DNA of 248,000 nucleotides from Octopus vulgaris (GCA_951406725.2 OX597823.1:26060001-26308000), one strand, 5' to 3'; counted from the first letter of the stretch, positions 200,531-217,100 are shown. Notes: generated by a model not told the origin, from the sequence alone. Made by a program: numbers and translations.

Positions 200531-203500
200531 TATATACATATATATATATATACATACACACATATGCACATACGCATGTGTATGGGAGACAGCTTTGTTC
200601 ATAAAGATGTTGGATAAAAAAAAACTCACTTGTGCTCCAGTTTCCTTTTTTTTATTAAAAATTTTCATATTTTTTTCAAGCTGTAAAGAATCTTTAATAA
200701 AATAGGGAAAAATCTAGAGCACAGTTAAGTTATCTAACACAACACACATATAAGTGTTTGCATATGTATGTACACATATAATATATATGTATAACATATA
200801 CATATGCACACACACACACACATGCATACAATTTTTTAATTGTCCATTTTATCTATTCCAATACGGGTGGGAGTTTTCTATTTATTTTCACTTTTGCGCA
200901 AAAGTGGACATTTGCATATGTTTTGGAACCATATTTACAGCTGGATGCCTTTACTACTACTAACTGTATGTAACGTTGTTGTGGAAAATAGTAGTATCCG
201001 CCAGGCAGCCTGAAGTAACAAAATGCTTGAAACTGTTAGGTTGGAGTTGTGACCATCTGGCCAATATAATGGCTCTCTAAACCCCACTTCAACTGTGGTT
201101 CTTGTATTATACATTATCTCCCACCCAACATAACTCATTAACAGTAATAATGTTATGTGTGTCCCTCCTGTCTCTCTCTGTCTCTCTCTCTCTGTCTCTC
201201 TCTCTCTTTCCCTCTCAACTAGCTCATTACTAGTGCTAGCACACTATATTAGAAATGGTGAATGAAATGACCACAAGATTTTGTTGAGGTGTCCATTATG
201301 TCTAATGGGGTAGGTGATCATGTGACTAGAGCGTTGTGTTACACAATGTTTCATATCCCCCAAGTGTTGTGAGTCCTCTTCATTCTCAGGTGTTTCATTG
201401 TGTAATTGTTAGGCAAGGCAGTTAATTCAGTGCCCCAATTCACCTGCCAGCAGCTGGGGAAGAGTGGTATGAAATCATATCTTTTGACTGTTTTCATTCA
201501 ATAGATAGTTCCCCTGTATAAAAGTAAGGTGGGTATTCATCTCTCATCCCATTAACATCACAGAGCCCAAAGATAAAGGGGTTTATTCTTTTTATGGAGG
201601 GAGGGGGGTACTTTGTGGTTTATGAAACCATTTTATCAACATATCACTGTAAAGGTTATAATAAAGTTATTACACCAGCTGCAGTCCTATATTCAAAAGG
201701 ACCAAATACTGGTTGAATTGAAACAATGTCATATTGGATACCCTTTTATGACCAAAATACCTAGTTATATCCACCTGAAGAATATTTACATTGAAAATGA
201801 TTTTATCTTGTCTGTATGTAACTTTCAAACATTTTCTACGTTTGATCCAATTTATACTGTTTTTTTTTTGAATTTATGGATTACTTTTCATTGTTTTTAT
201901 TGTTTATATTTTATTTATTTTGAATGTTGAATAAAAGAAAAAATTCATTGTTCCATTCCCCACTCCCACTCCAATTGTAATCTTTGTTTCTGAGATGGTG
202001 AGTTTGATGTAAACACTATTTAGTAGTATCCAACTAGATACTTTACTGTATTTAGTTTCGTCACTTTACGTGTTATTCAGATTCTGCCAGTGTGTGGCAG
202101 ATATGTTTTAATAATTAAATAATGAATTTATTTTTATTTATTTATTTTTTTTGCTATACTCTCCTACCTACCTCTAATTGTACTTCACCTAATGTCTGTA
202201 TCAGAAGTAATAGTATTATTCATATTGGTAGAATTGGTAGAGAACTGAGCTAAATACCTTGCCATATTTAGTTACATTCCTTAAAATGCTGTGTTCTGTT
202301 TGTGTTGAGGTTAACTATACCTTTCAGTAAAATTAATACCAGTTACAAACTTGGGTCCAATTCATTTAACTATTTGTCTTCCTTACAAATTTGTGGCTTT
202401 GAGCCAATGTTGGAATTTATTATTTATTTATTAGCTGAGAGGCTAAGAATTTTACTTTGCAACCCCATGGTCCCAGGTCTGATCCTACTGCATAGCAATT
202501 TGGGCAAGTATCTTCATCTGTAGCCATGTGTGTCTTTATATCTGTGTAAGCCAGTTTCAGGTTGCATGCTCTATTTGTCAAAGCATAACTCAGAAATTTG
202601 ATAAAGTAGGAAACCTGACTGAAATAAGTACTGGGGCCAATATGATTGACTAAAATCACCCTTGGAGGCAGGCCCTTGTATGGCTGCAGTCCAATGACTG
202701 AAACCAGTAAAAAAAAAATACACATGCAGTTACAGATTTGGAGGAATTTTTGAAAGTTAATATTTATTTTCTTTGATAACGATGAGTAATGATAAGGGTT
202801 TCTAATATAAACACAAGGCCTGAAATTTTGTGGGGAAGGGTAAGTCAGTAAAATCGACCCAGTATTTGACTGGTGCTTTATTTTATTGATACCTGGATGA
202901 GGGACACTGAAAGGCAAAGCTAACTATGATGTGATTTGAACTCAGACTGTAAAGAGCTGGAACAAATATAGTGAGGTATTTTGTCTAACGCTCTAATGAT
203001 TTTTGCCAATCTGTCACCCTAAATAAATAATAAGTTTTCAACTTCTATCTGAATCAGTTGCATATATATCATTTTAAATATGTTTCTCAATAACAATTTT
203101 TTGCTTAGATTGTTTTAGACATCACAGCTAAGGCCATATTGAAGCACTACCATGATATGCAAACGTCCTAAACTTCTGAATTCAACTAACAACCTTTTAT
203201 GATACAAGTCTCTTAATTGTTTAACTGTATACATCTCCCTCCACCTCCACCACCGCAATCACTGAGCTTCTACAGTTACTGCTTTACAGTAATTAATTCT
203301 GTCGTACTGTATCCTGGGTTCAAATTCCACTGGGGTAGGGTGCGTCAATTGATAAATGAGCATTAGTTATGTACAGAGGTCAGTTTCATTGACTATTTCC
203401 TCTCTACAGACTTGCAGTCCTGTGCCAATGTTGAGAATTCAACATTTCAAAAGAAAGTTGTTTTATCTCTTGATCTAGAAATATTCAATTGTCTTAGTTC

Positions 203501-204835
203501 AAAATATATTGTCTTTCCTCTTCTTCTTCCTCCTATCTAAATCTGTAACTAAAATTCTTGGAATGAGAGAAAATATCAGATACTTTGCAGTGAATCTGAG
203601 GTATAAGAAAACAACCCAACAAAAATAGAACATCAAATCAAATATATTTAATCCAGCAGCAAAGAATAAGATCATTTTTGTGGCTGATAAAAGTAAAACC
203701 GTATCAAAATAGCTGGAATACCGCTAAAACTCATACTTTTAATAAACTTTCCAACATAATTTTCAGGAATATAATGGGTTTAAAATAATAAAATTAATAA
203801 TAATAATAGTTATACAGTTGCTTTGAATAATTTGTTCACTCTAAATACCACTTTTTTTTTTTTTCTCCCTTAGTAGTTTACATTGAAGAAATTGGAGAGT
203901 AGTTTTCCTTTCTGAAATCTTATGAAGTTTACGTGCCAAATTAAAAATCTTGTGCTTGCAAGATGTGGTGTTTAATATTTTTATTTGAATTTTTTTTTTT
204001 TATACATTGAATTAGAAACCAAATATATTTCTTCCAAATCTTGATTTTAATTATAGTTTAAGGTTGTTGTTTTTTTTTCTTTATTTTCATTTTATAAATA
204101 TAAATTTCAAAACATCTTTGCTTCATGTTTAATATATGTTGTCAAATCTATAGGACAAAATGTTTTGATTTAAATTGCAAGGCAGTTTCTATATGAATAG
204201 TCTTTTATATATTTATTTACTTTTGTTAGTAAGAAGAGAAACATAATCTGATACATGAATTGTTACTAAACAAATGCTATGATTTGAGATAATATATATA
204301 TATATATAATTATCCATTATATATTTGTAGAATTCTAGAGACAGCAATGTCTGTTTTAACGTATTTAATATTGAGATTTTCTAAATCTCTGAACTATCAT
204401 AGATCAAGTATAAATCTCCCATTGACATGCTGGATACATCGAGTGTTTGGAAGCCTTAAATGACTACTGGTTCTCTCATCAACTTGGCAATGTATCCAAG
204501 ACAAAGTAACTGTCAGAGCACACACACACACATAGATAGATAGATGGATAATTATTAACAAAATACACTTATATATATTTATTCAAAACTGGTTATTTGC
204601 TCCAATGCTACTCAGTTCCTCTGTGGGTGTGTGGGTGGTTACTCAGGTAATAAAAAGATAGTTGTTTTTTTGTTTTTTTTTCATGTTTTTCTTTTTTTTG
204701 GTCACCTGAAGGATTGATTGCACATGATGTGAATCTCAAATGACAGTGAATAATTAGCTGCATTGAATGAATGAATAACTTCTGCATGTAATGAGCACTC
204801 TTTCTCCAGTGTGAACATCCAAGTGTCTCTCTCTC

Positions 204836-204880
<45 letters not shown>

Positions 204881-205875
204881 ATGTGTATATATATGCATAT
204901 GAATGTACCTGTGTGTGTGTGTGTGTATGTCATGTAAATAGGATTATATATCTCCACTTAAAAGTCTTGAGCAATTGATCATTTGGTAAGCTGTATTCAT
205001 CAGGTGCAACCAACTGTAAGGTCTGTGCTCAAAACCTTATTTATCTTTTTTTTATTTTTCGTCTAGCTGTGTTATAATTCCATTAAAACCTATTTATAAC
205101 AAACACATATCACTCTGCACACTTCCTACCCTAGTCTTTATTGAACTCTTGTGTTTCTGTATCACAAAATAATATAAATATACATACATACGAACATACA
205201 CAAATACAAATGATGGATGTTTGTAAAGGCCCACTACTCTCTAGTCTGCACCTCATTTGAGCCCTTTTAAAGTTTTTTTGGATATAAAATCAGCTAGATT
205301 TTGGCATTGGACATACACCAGCAATGATCATATTATTCATATCTGCTCATCTTATTTAAGTGCTCTTAGTTTAAGCAACAAACACAGGTCCATTTACATC
205401 TAACAAACTCCCATGTCTTTTGATTATATTTAGATTTTTTTTTTTACTTCTTTTCCATTCCTTTTTAAAATTAAATCTGCTTCAGATAAAGATGATATAG
205501 TTTGATTACCTTAATGTATAAATCTCTTAATCCCCCCCACCACCTATCTTGATTTTAAAATATATAAGTTTTTAACTTTTTTTTTGTCTGTTGTACTTGT
205601 TTCAGTTAAGCAAAAACCTGTAAAAAAAAAAAAAAAATTCAAATATAATTTTGAATAATTTTTTTTTTCATATTTCTTTATTCTCAGTGTTGTTGTTCTC
205701 TGTTTAATGTATTTTTCTTGAAAATATCAGTTGTCGTCCCCAACCTCCATAACAAGCAGAAAAATTAAAAGACTTAACTTACCTACCTGTTCACCTAGCT
205801 TTTTTGATATTTTTGTTGTTGCAATGTAATTTTTATTATGTTGAACATAAATGTCAAGCACTGTGGGGTTGTGGT

Positions 205876-205917
<42 letters not shown>

Positions 205918-208900
205918 ATTTCACTTGTGCTGCTAATGGTCCTGAGAAAGGCATAAATATCATACACTATCACCTTTTACCTTCTCATATGTAACAAAAG
206001 AAATTGTGGCCTTGTGCCAAAGAAGGAAATCAAAAAAAAAAATTATAATTAAGCTTTTGTTGTTGTATATTTTATTGAGGTGGGGGGAGGAGAGTGATAA
206101 TGTTTTTAGGTGTCACTGTTCAGTTAAGCTAGTGCCTTTCTGCTTCTGGAACCTTGGGTAAGTTCCTTAAGCTAGGATACTTTTACAGCTAATCACTTGC
206201 TTGTGGCATTCCTGAACAATGGCCTTTTAGAAACTTTCTAAAAATACAATATTCTTCTCTTTAAGTTCTAATCACCAGCCCAATTACAAAACATCATGTC
206301 AGTGCCATTATTATTATTATTCATTTGTTAATTTCTTTGCTGCTTATGCTTGCCAGGGAAAATGGAGAACTTCTTCCACACTAAATCAGAGGAAAATATC
206401 TCAAATCACATGGGCTTCATTTTGAGATTATATTGTTCCTCTCTAATTTTATCTCACAACTCTGAAAGCCAGTGTTTCTACCCCACTGGTGCAATTATCT
206501 CTTATTCTCCTCTTTCAAGCTTTCAAAGGGCAGGGATACAAAATTTAGATGTCTTCACAAGTTTTCATGCAAATCTAGAAACCAATGTTTACTTTATCAG
206601 AAAACAATGTATTGTCTTGTTTTAGAATTTATTAAGTTTATGCTGAGATTTAAAGTATTTTTATGCAAATTTCATGGGCTGAACAATAAATAATAAATTC
206701 ATTTTTGATTGCAGAAATGATATTAATTTTTAAAAAAAATTATAAATAAATGAAAAAGAGAAAAAAAAACTAATAAAAATATTTTTGGCTTTATTTTATT
206801 CTAAGATTTTCTTTGGAGCATTTGTTGCACTTCTTAAACCAGAATAATTTTTTGGAAATTAATTTTGTAAATATAGTAGAAATATGATATTTTGTATTAT
206901 TATTATTATTATTAATAAGGTGGTGAGCTGGCAGAATCGTTAGCACACTAGGCAACGATACAGTTTTAGCACACTAGGCAATGATACAGTTACAGTTTTT
207001 TTAAATTCTCTCCTGAGTATACATTTCCACTTCCTTCTTGATATAACAACACATTAGGTGAAGATGGTTGTAGATTCATGACTGGATGTAGCAAATACAT
207101 TGATGGTTGTGAGGTGTTTTTTTTTTTAGTAGAAGTCAGTTTTTTTTATATTTTGATTTTAAGAACTCTTTATTTCATTGAACTTTCAAACATCTCTACA
207201 TTCTGGCTTACAGATTATAAATCAAGGCAGTTGCTTAGAAGTGCATTTTAACACCTCAGGTAGCAAGCTCTGTTTCTCTAATTTATTGAGACAAAATTAT
207301 CTGTTAAAATGTTAAACAGAAACTACAATCTTTGTATTAACCTGATGTCAAAAACAAAAAGGCATAAAATATTTACTACCTTTTATTTTCTTGACATTAT
207401 AATCTAATATTTTGATTGAGTATGTCTGCATAACAAAGTTACATTATGCTTAATAAAAGATTTTGAACCCTGCTGTGAAAATAATCTCTGTGGTGGAAAC
207501 ATAAGACCCTTATGAGCCAAGGATGACTGGGATTGATATAATCACTCGTTCCCTTCTCCGAAATTTGCAGTCTTATACCTATGTCAACAATGAATTAGTG
207601 TAACTCTCAAGAGATGTTTTCATCTGATTTGTGTAACTTGTAAACAAACTTTAATTCAATCTCAAATTGATTTGTTTCTGTTTCTTTATCTTTAGCTATT
207701 ATCATTGATCACACTGACATCCTTTATGAGGACCCTTCTTTTTTCATACTATTTTGAAGTTCTGAATCAGTTTCTTATAAAAATTAAAAAGTGATTAATC
207801 ATTCATTAATCACCTTTTACCTTACTTAGTATTGTTGTAATAATCTCTTCTAAACCAGAAAACCATCTAATAAGAGTGTAATGCTCTTTGAAACCCCTCT
207901 CATTAATGAGGATGTCCTGCTGTTTGGTTTTTGGCAGAGCATCTGCATCTGAAGATTCACCATCATCAAGATTATTAAAGTCATTCACCAACTCTGATAT
208001 CTTATAATTCAGTTAGTCAATATATAACTGTTAATGCTTTCTAAATCTATAAGGTGCATCAAGTTTCAGTGGTGTTTTACAAGAAATCGAGTTACCCATG
208101 TTAGTAATTATCTTAATTGTGTGGTGTTGACTCAGTCTAAACTTCCTGGTTATTGTTTAACTGTGGGGTCTGCTTTCACAGCAAAGTTAAAATATATTTA
208201 TTAAATATGTGATTCTATCTTTGTTTATAAATTTAATCTAAAATACATTGTCAGTACTCCAGGTAATATAACAGACACACACAATAAGAAACAGAGGATG
208301 ATGTATGTAATATTTTATTTACAAAGCTTAAGTTATTTGTGTTAGCTGAGTCTTTATACATGAAACTTGAATATCAAAATAAACTAATGAAATACTTATA
208401 GCATAAAGAATATATAATCTGAGTGTATGCACACACTTTGAAGTACATTTTTGGTATATAGAACCGATTCCATATACTACCATGCTTCCTTCCTCTTTTC
208501 TTGGTATATTTATATATTTCATTGTTAATTACCATTGCTTATAGATGTGATGGTGGTCAATAAAGTATTCTATGTACAGCTATTGAATCAGTCAACTGTA
208601 CCTTTCCATCGTAAATGTACTGTCTTGTATCACTGTAGGTGACCTTTATTGATATTACTTTAGAAATCATTATTACTATAGCAATTTAAAGTGGTTAGCT
208701 GGCAGAATTGCTAGTACGCTGGGCGAAATGCTTAGTGGTATTTCATCTGCGACTACGTTCTGAGTTCAAATTCTGCTGAGGTCAACTTTGCCTTTCATCC
208801 TTTCGGGGTCGATATGTTTGGAGTTGGGGTAAACTAAATTTACATCCTTTCAGGTTGGATAAGATGTGTCAGTCATGTCAATTTAATCAGTTCTCCACTA

Positions 208901-210359
208901 TCCCATCCCTTTTGGATGGTAAATTTAATCATTTGTTTGGTTTGCCCTCACCATCTGGATGATGTGTATCATTAGTGGAACCTATTTTGTTGCAAGAATT
209001 TAAGCTAGGCCCCTAATATAAGAGTAATATCCTTCCACCTGCTTTAGTGGTCCTGAGAAAAACCGTCTATGCTGGCTGACTCCTACAGTTCTTTTTTAAA
209101 AACCATGGTATTCCAGCAATAGTGGTAAGAACTCAATCAATCTAACTTAATTCCAGTTTCCATTCCAAATCACCTGAGTCTTCATTTATGTGAGCCCCAG
209201 GTTGGTTAATGTCCTTTTATTATTCTAATTTATTATTGAAAAGTCACGGAAAAAGTAACAGCATGTCTTGAAGAAGTGAAATCTTTATAGTCCACCACTC
209301 ATTCTTTTAATGTGCAGGAGTCAGTCAGATTTAACCCTTGTTTTTATTTTATTGCATTCAGCCCTGAGCACCACCTGTACTACACATAAACCTGCTTACA
209401 GTGTCATGTAAAAACCATAAACTACTTTTTAAAAAATTTTAGACATAGCAATCCTTTGTATTTCTGCAGTTTCAAAATACCTTTCATTATTATTATTATT
209501 ATTATCATTATTATTATTGGTAGATTAACTGGATTGTTAGAGTATTGGACAAATTGCTTTGCAGTAATTGATCTGGTTCTTTATATTCTGAGTTCAAATT
209601 CTACCAAGGTCAACTTTGCCTTTCCGTTCCCCAGCAGTAACATACTAGGGTTGATCTAATTGACCATACCCCCTCCTCTATGGTCTTGTGCCTCAGAAAT
209701 TATTATTAGGGCAGTGTCATATGGCAGAATCAGTAGCACTCCTGACAAAATACCTTTACATTCTAAGTTCATATCTTCCTAGATCAATTTAATTTCATGT
209801 ACCTAGCTCCAAATTTTGTAACTTTGTGCCATTGTAAGAAAATATTATACATTGTTTTTGTGGTCAGACTTTGTACCCCAACTAGACAATATGTAAATAC
209901 CCCAAGACTTCTTTAATTCTGGTATAGCTACCTCTGGTCAACTCATCATAACAACATACCTCTTTCTCATTTTATCATCCTATTTCCATTTCTAACTGGG
210001 TATGCTTTGTCTTATAAATATTTTCATTTGTTCTGTTTGCTTATTTATGGAATTACTTGTCTGTTTTAAACTTGCTGCTGTAATGAATTACCTCTTTCAA
210101 TTATTCATAATTCCTTTAAGAGATCTGATAAACAGAACACTTCTCTTATACCTGAGCAACTGCCTTGGCTGAAAAGGAAAATACTGTTGTACCTCAAACG
210201 CTAATCTGATAGAAATGCAAGGTACTGTTATAGTTCAAAAGTGAATCTAGTAGACAAGATACTGGTTTACCCAAACACTTGCCTTTGTACAAAAGTAAGC
210301 TGGCTTAGCACAGTACTGTTTTTTCTTTCATCTCGTTAGCCAACACTATTGATTCAGTC

Positions 210360-211130
210360 AGATGTAATTCTGATTCATCACAGTGCTAACAGTGTTATTA
210401 TGTAAATATGATAATTCCTACAGAAATATATATTTTGGAAAATTCGCTTTTGTTTGTTAGCTTGTAGTTTAATTCTAAAATCATTAATAGTGGTGATTAA
210501 ACCATTAATGCTTGTCGGGAACTCTGTTGTAAGACAATGCAGATTAAATTGACACACAATCGCCAACTCATTTGAATTTAGGTTCCACGTTTCTCTGTAT
210601 GGATTAATAAACGAGGCAAATAAAACTATAAAAATTCCTTTTAACTTTTGTAATTAATTAGTAGAACCTTAATTCCCATTTCTAAATAATGAATTCTTTG
210701 AAAACCTCTGAGGGTTTGGCCTTATGTGTTCATTCCCCAAACCACAAGAACTGGTAGCTAAATATACTTCTGAGTGTTTTCACAAAGACTGGGTTTTTAA
210801 TTTCACTTCTGCCACATTTTTGACAATCTTGTCTGTAAATTCCCTGTTGGCTTTTAACTACCATTTGCTTTCTGAGGGCAAAAATCAGAATTTTTATTTG
210901 TTCACAGAGCACGAATACATTGTAAGTTTTTCTTTTTAGTTCTTCCTGTAATTGAAATAACAAGTCAGTTTTTAAGTATAAACTATTTTTTTGCAATAGA
211001 AATTGTGAATTAATTTTACCTTCCATCTCCCCATCCTCTTCTTGGCAATGGCTCTCATCTCTTGAACACGTGTTCTTAGATGGCTTGCAATTCATTTTCA
211101 TACATACCCTCATACTGGATAAAACATTTC
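210360..211130 (-). mobile_element. Possible decayed hAT (GTF2IRD2-like) transposase
   Basis: Weak similarity of ORF 210730-211113 to L.FL.D...LQG...IK.F..KL. Confidence 0.3.
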
Positions 211131-214100
211131 TACACTACTCCAAAACAAAATTAATACTTCTTAAATAATTAATTTCATTATGAAAAGTTATATTTTCTTA
211201 ATCATCTTCGTATAAAATGAATTCTGAAACTTTTTTAAATTTATAGACAAAAATATAAAAAAAAGCAATCAAAGGACTGCCAACTCAGATTAGATTGCCT
211301 GTGGTTAAATCTATTAAAAGTTTATCTTTATTTCAAAAACTGTAATTATCTCTGATTCTGTGCTCTACTAAAAAAAACTTCATAATTTATACAATTTAAC
211401 AAATGATATATTTTTAACATTGCTATTTTAATTGATTCAAATTTATTGTAAAATGTAAAAGAAATAAATATATTAATCTATGGAAATGAAGATCATTTAT
211501 GCAGTAGCTACTTCAGTGGAAAAAATCAAAATTAGCTATATTAGGGAAATTAAGAGATAGTGTTACTGAAAATGTGGCACAAACAAATCCAAAGACCCAG
211601 TCTTTGCTGGTACATTAGTACTACTAATAATAATATACATATTATATGCATGAATTTATAGTTGTTGTCTTTTGTATCGTTACATGTGTGTAATTATGTA
211701 TATTTATATTTTAATATTCTACAATATATTTGTTAAGAATATATTGCAATATAGTTGAGTTTTTCTTTTCAAGTGAGGCTGGTGCTGTCAGTGCTATAAC
211801 AATGACAGGTTTATGACCTTATCCTCTTCTCAAATATACTATGAACACAGGCTACTTTAGAAGGGTGGGCTGGGGCTAGGGGGCAATAGAGGCATACAAC
211901 TAAGTCCATCTATACTTGGGGGGATAGACAGTGACAGGATGGGTGAATGCTTGCAGCATACAGGATAATCTCTGACTGAACACTGCAGGTTTGATTTCTA
212001 GTCATAGTTATTTCATTTGCTCTGCTAATGCTTTTGGAAAAGCATGAACATCACAACTCCTAATTTCTCCCCTTTTATTTGATAAAAGCTGTATAACCCT
212101 TAACAGATACTTCAGCATAAAAAGGCCAATCAGTTTATTGTATCCCACTTCATTAATTATATAAGATTGTATACTTAATCTTGTATATTTCCCATTATTG
212201 CTTAGATAAAAAAAAAATGTTAATGTAAGAATTTCCTTGCAGTTCCTTTGAGAGTATTTGAAATATTTGTGTGTAATTAGCTGCTTTGAAGACTTCTGAA
212301 TGTGCTTGTCCTCCACCAGTTTACTGGGTACAGTTTTAGCTACACAAATCAGGCTACATCTTCACTCACACATCAGGTGAACTAGCAAGGGGCACTAGTA
212401 GCAAGTATTGTCAGCTATTTGCTCTGCTGACTATTGATCTTCCTACTCTGCCATCCACCTCACCATGATCATCCAGCAGATGATGCTTGGCTCTTGTTTG
212501 TCATCTGATTAGGATGCTCTGTTCTTTTGAAGTGATCTCAAAAAATTCCCTGCGAGATAGATAGCTAGAGAGAGAAGGGGATGAGAGTGAGAGAAAAAGT
212601 ACACTGCTGAATAAAAATGTTTTCTAAGCTGGAGTTTGTGTTACAAGCAAACCATTGCTTGCAGTCTCCAAGATCAATATTTCCAATGTTTTCCTGATGT
212701 GGCCATCAGCTATAGCAGTAGCTGAACTGAATGTCAGCTCCATTTCTTGCTACCGATGCTGCAATAGCAGTAGATACATCACTTACCTGACATCTTGCTT
212801 TTTCTCCCGTACTCCCACTTCCCTTCTTTATTCCAGACTATGCCACTGCTGTATTTCTCTCAACACTTTTGTCTCTTTCACAGCTGTTCTGTCAGCTGAA
212901 GATGTCTGTGATGTTCTTGTTAGTAAAACTTTTGTTTGTGTGTAGTTATGTTGTTTTTGTTTTCACTCTTTTGTGTTAATAATACTTATAGCATTACATA
213001 TGCTGAGGTATTTATATATTATACAGTAGAATGGTGTGTCTTTGCTAAGGTTTAATTCTCTTGTATTTGTGCTACTAATGGTGTTAGATATGCAGCAGTA
213101 TATATAGTAGAGTGGTGTGTCTTGCCTAAGGTTTAACTCTTTAGTATTCATAATACTAATGGTGTTATGTATGTATATATTTATAAAATGATGAACCGAA
213201 AGCAAGCACTTCACACACGTGATTTATTGGGGTGGGGGTGGCCAGTTCCTGCTGCAGAGGGTAACAGTGTCAACAAGATCCAGTATGACAGGTAGTTAGA
213301 TTTGGGCCAGTTTGAATGCCAAAGTATAATAAACCCCGACTGAAAGGGTAAAAAGTATTGCAGCAACATATTTATTTATAATTCCACATATTCTCTCTAA
213401 GTTGGTGGCCTATGTGAGGAAGTGTTAAATTCAGTGAGTGGCAAAGAAATGAGGTATGTTGGTATGCTGTGAGATATGTTAGATATTTCTTCTCAGTGCA
213501 TACTAACATACTTTTCCTTTTCTGTATTTTTTTTTTTTTTTCCTTATTCTAGTCAGACAAACGAAAGCATTTCCTCAAAATAACTGGAGGCTTGAAGCTG
213601 GGTGTTTTGCTTTTGTTCAGAAACAAATAGTTGCCCTTAGAAAATTGTATTGTCTACAACTTAAAACTGGTATCAGTAGGCTTTAAAAAGAAGAAAAAAT
213701 TCTTGTCCCACAAGATGTAAGAAATATGAATTGTGTACAAGTCAACATTTTAAGTTTTAAAAGAGAATATATAAAAAAAATAAACTTTCCCAAACCAGAT
213801 GCCGACCTGTTGGGTATAATACGTAATCTTTACCTCTGGCCTAAAAAAACTTGAATGTTGACTTAAAGTCACCTAATATATGTTCATTATTATATATATT
213901 CTTGTATTATAATATTTTATATTGTAGATTCCCATGTTTTTTTTTTTTTTAATTACTTTTTTCCTCATGATTATTTTATTTATTATTTTCTATTCTGAAA
214001 GAGCAGAACTCTTTACCTCTGGAGAAAAAAAGCGCATAAAAGCTCAGATCAGTAACTTAAAGGGCTTACCAAAGTTTTCTTTGTGGCCCACTACTTTGTC

Positions 214101-217100
214101 TTTGTGTTTGATGTATAATGTAATTGTGTAATTGTATACCCTGAATGTGTTCTAGCTAGTTCTCTATCCTATCCAATCCCTTTAACCAGAGAAAACAAAA
214201 TCTAATGGTGTTTGATCAGCTTGATTACATGTGGACACATGAGAATGAAATTTATGACACCTTCATCTGAAAAGTAAATAAAGTCTTTTTAAAATAATCT
214301 CTTTTTTCGTTATTTATTTTCTTTTATTTGGACTACTGTTCTCTGCACTTGCTTCTATATACATATCTAGCCTCAACTTCTAATGCCATCCTATAAAATG
214401 CATTCTAGTTCCAGTTTGAACGAGACTTTGATAACATTGCAGTTAAATTTGAAAACAAAAGTAGCAATTAATTTCATGATAATAAATTTTGTATAGGAAG
214501 TATGAAGCTACATTAGTATTGAATGCAGACGTGTAGAAGCTGGAGAGAAATTGAGATAAGCATGTGGTGGGTGTGTAATGTTAACTAGCTTAAAAGAGTG
214601 CTGCTTTCCTATATGAAAGTTTTAAAGGCATCAGTGTATGTATGTTGAAGAGGTGGTTGTACCTGTATGGACAAGTAAATTCACAATACTTGCTGGATGA
214701 AATAGTAGTTAAGAGTTATCTGTGACAGAAGACAGGAAGAAATACTGAGATCAGGTGACATTAACAATATGTTGCACTACTGATTTGGACGACTTGTGCC
214801 AGTCTGGTTGCACAGCTGTTAAAATGGTAATAAGGAGGATTTAGTCTAAATGTTATTACATTTTAATTCATTAACTGAAAATTTGAACTTACGCTTTAGT
214901 ACTATTGGTTTTTCTAATGTTTGATGTTCATTTAGTAATGTCTGCTAACAGTGTTAGTAGATATTACATATACTAACCGCTTTAGGCAATCATGTGAAGC
215001 AGTTACTTGACCTGCTAGAAATAGCAGCCATATCTTTCCAATCACAGGAAAGGAAAAAAGATCAAGTAGTTCTTAGGTACACTGAATCTGAAAAAGAGAC
215101 AGGATGGTCATAGATGGAGCAAACTGACATGGATCTAAACTAGGGTTTCTTAAAAAGAAGGTGGAAGCTGAGAGGATTGAAATGATGGCAGACAAATTGC
215201 CATCCTTAAGGAAATAGAGATTTTTAAAACTTGTCCAGCTTCACAGAAATATATTTGTTCTCCTAACAACTCTTCACTCTGTGTCCACTCACTAAAATGC
215301 ACTCCACCCATTTTAGTTTTGCAATCTTGTGGACTTACTCACCCTATCCAATCTTTGGTTCCACTTACATACACCTCACTGGAACTTGAATGCACCCCCA
215401 CTTCCGCATCACATCTTCACCATCTCTCTCCTCTCTTTCTTCCCCCTCTCTCCCCTACTGTGGTGGCCATGTATCGCCTTTACTGCAAGACACCTGTTTT
215501 TGTCCCTCTACTCATAGTCTCTCTAATCTCTCGTCACCTGGCACAAAGCTATTCCTCTCTCGGTTAAGAGGGTCTTGTCTTGTAAGTTATTTGGTGACCT
215601 CACTGCTGCTGGTGCCATGCAAAAAAAGCACCCAATACACTCTGCATAATGTTTGGTGTTCAGAAGGTCATTGAACCATACCAAAGCAGACCAGCTGGGT
215701 TTGGTGTAGACTTCTGACTTGTGAGCATAGAAAACAGGTAGTAAATGACAATTAGTAAAGAACGGAGTGGTATTCACTAATATTTTGTGAGTGAAATGTC
215801 AGCTTGAAAGCCATTGGTCTGCCCCACTTAGCATTCAGATTATTTAGTCAAAAGTATTGTTCATTTATCCACATTGTTTTGAATTCATCCTGCATTATCT
215901 TGTAGCTTAAAGATTTCAATGATGTAATCGTTTATTTTTAGAATGACATTGTAGGGTAAGTGTGAGAGACTGGATCTGGCCAGGTAGAGTATTTTACCTG
216001 CTTTTCAAGTCAGCGATCTCGTTCCACACAGCTTTGATGGTGCAAAGGAAGTGGATGATTTGTTGACAGAACTGATAACAACAATACATATATTGCAAAT
216101 TTTTAGAAGCAAGCAGAAATGTAGACAAATACACACGTGCATACAATATAACAGTCTTCTTTCAGTTTCTGTCTATCAATTCCACTCAAAGACTTTGGTC
216201 AGTTTGGGACTGACCAGAGGTGCTGTGCTGTGGAACTGAACCTGAAACCCCATGGTTAGAAGGCAGACTCTTTAACCACACAGCCATGCCTATGCCTGTA
216301 TATCATATATAGATGTGTATGTTCCTAATTGTAAGCCACAGTCATAAACCTAGGTGTCCAAAATTTTTGTTTGTGGGGTATATCTTTTAGTGGAGAAGGT
216401 CATTGACTGTGTGATTTTCTGATACTTTCTATAAGCCCAGGCAAAGCTGGGTGCTGCTGCTATATTTATAAAGTTGGATGCAGAACAACTATCAGATACA
216501 CAGAACAGCTAGTGCCTGCACACATGCACAGAAAATGGACCATTTTGACAAATACAAAGAACAGACATCACACACGTACACAGAGCAGCCATCAAAAACC
216601 AATAAAGAGTGGCTGGAGGGAGGCTGTGAGGAGAAATATAGCTAAATATAGAGAGGGTGATGTGACATTATAGTATTTAGGAAGTAGTGACAGTTTCAAG
216701 AAAATATCGGTGTGTGTTTGTGTATATATATATATATATATAATATATACATACATATATGGGTACAGGACATCAAAAAAAAAACGTCAAACACAATGAG
216801 AAACGAAAACATAAAATCAAAAACATGGAAACAAACTTTTTTTCAAACAACAAAAACAGAGTACAAGACATACAACACAAGGAATATTCCCCTTCTTCAG
216901 TTGTGCCTGTTTCGTCTACTCCGCGTTTCAAAGGTAAGGACAAGACGCGACTTTGTTGAAACAGTCCTTCCCGTAAAACAAATTAAATAAAATTTGGGAT
217001 TTTTGCGGAGGAGTAAAAGTGGTAACAAGAACAAGACAGTAAGAAGTAAACGACAGGACAAAGAGAATAACACAGTAAAAACAAACGACGAGTGCTGTTG

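Noticed and set aside
212300-212960. Strong minus-strand splice signals at 212787 and about 212550
   Set aside because: All frames close nearby; could be lncRNA or chance, and cannot be supported.
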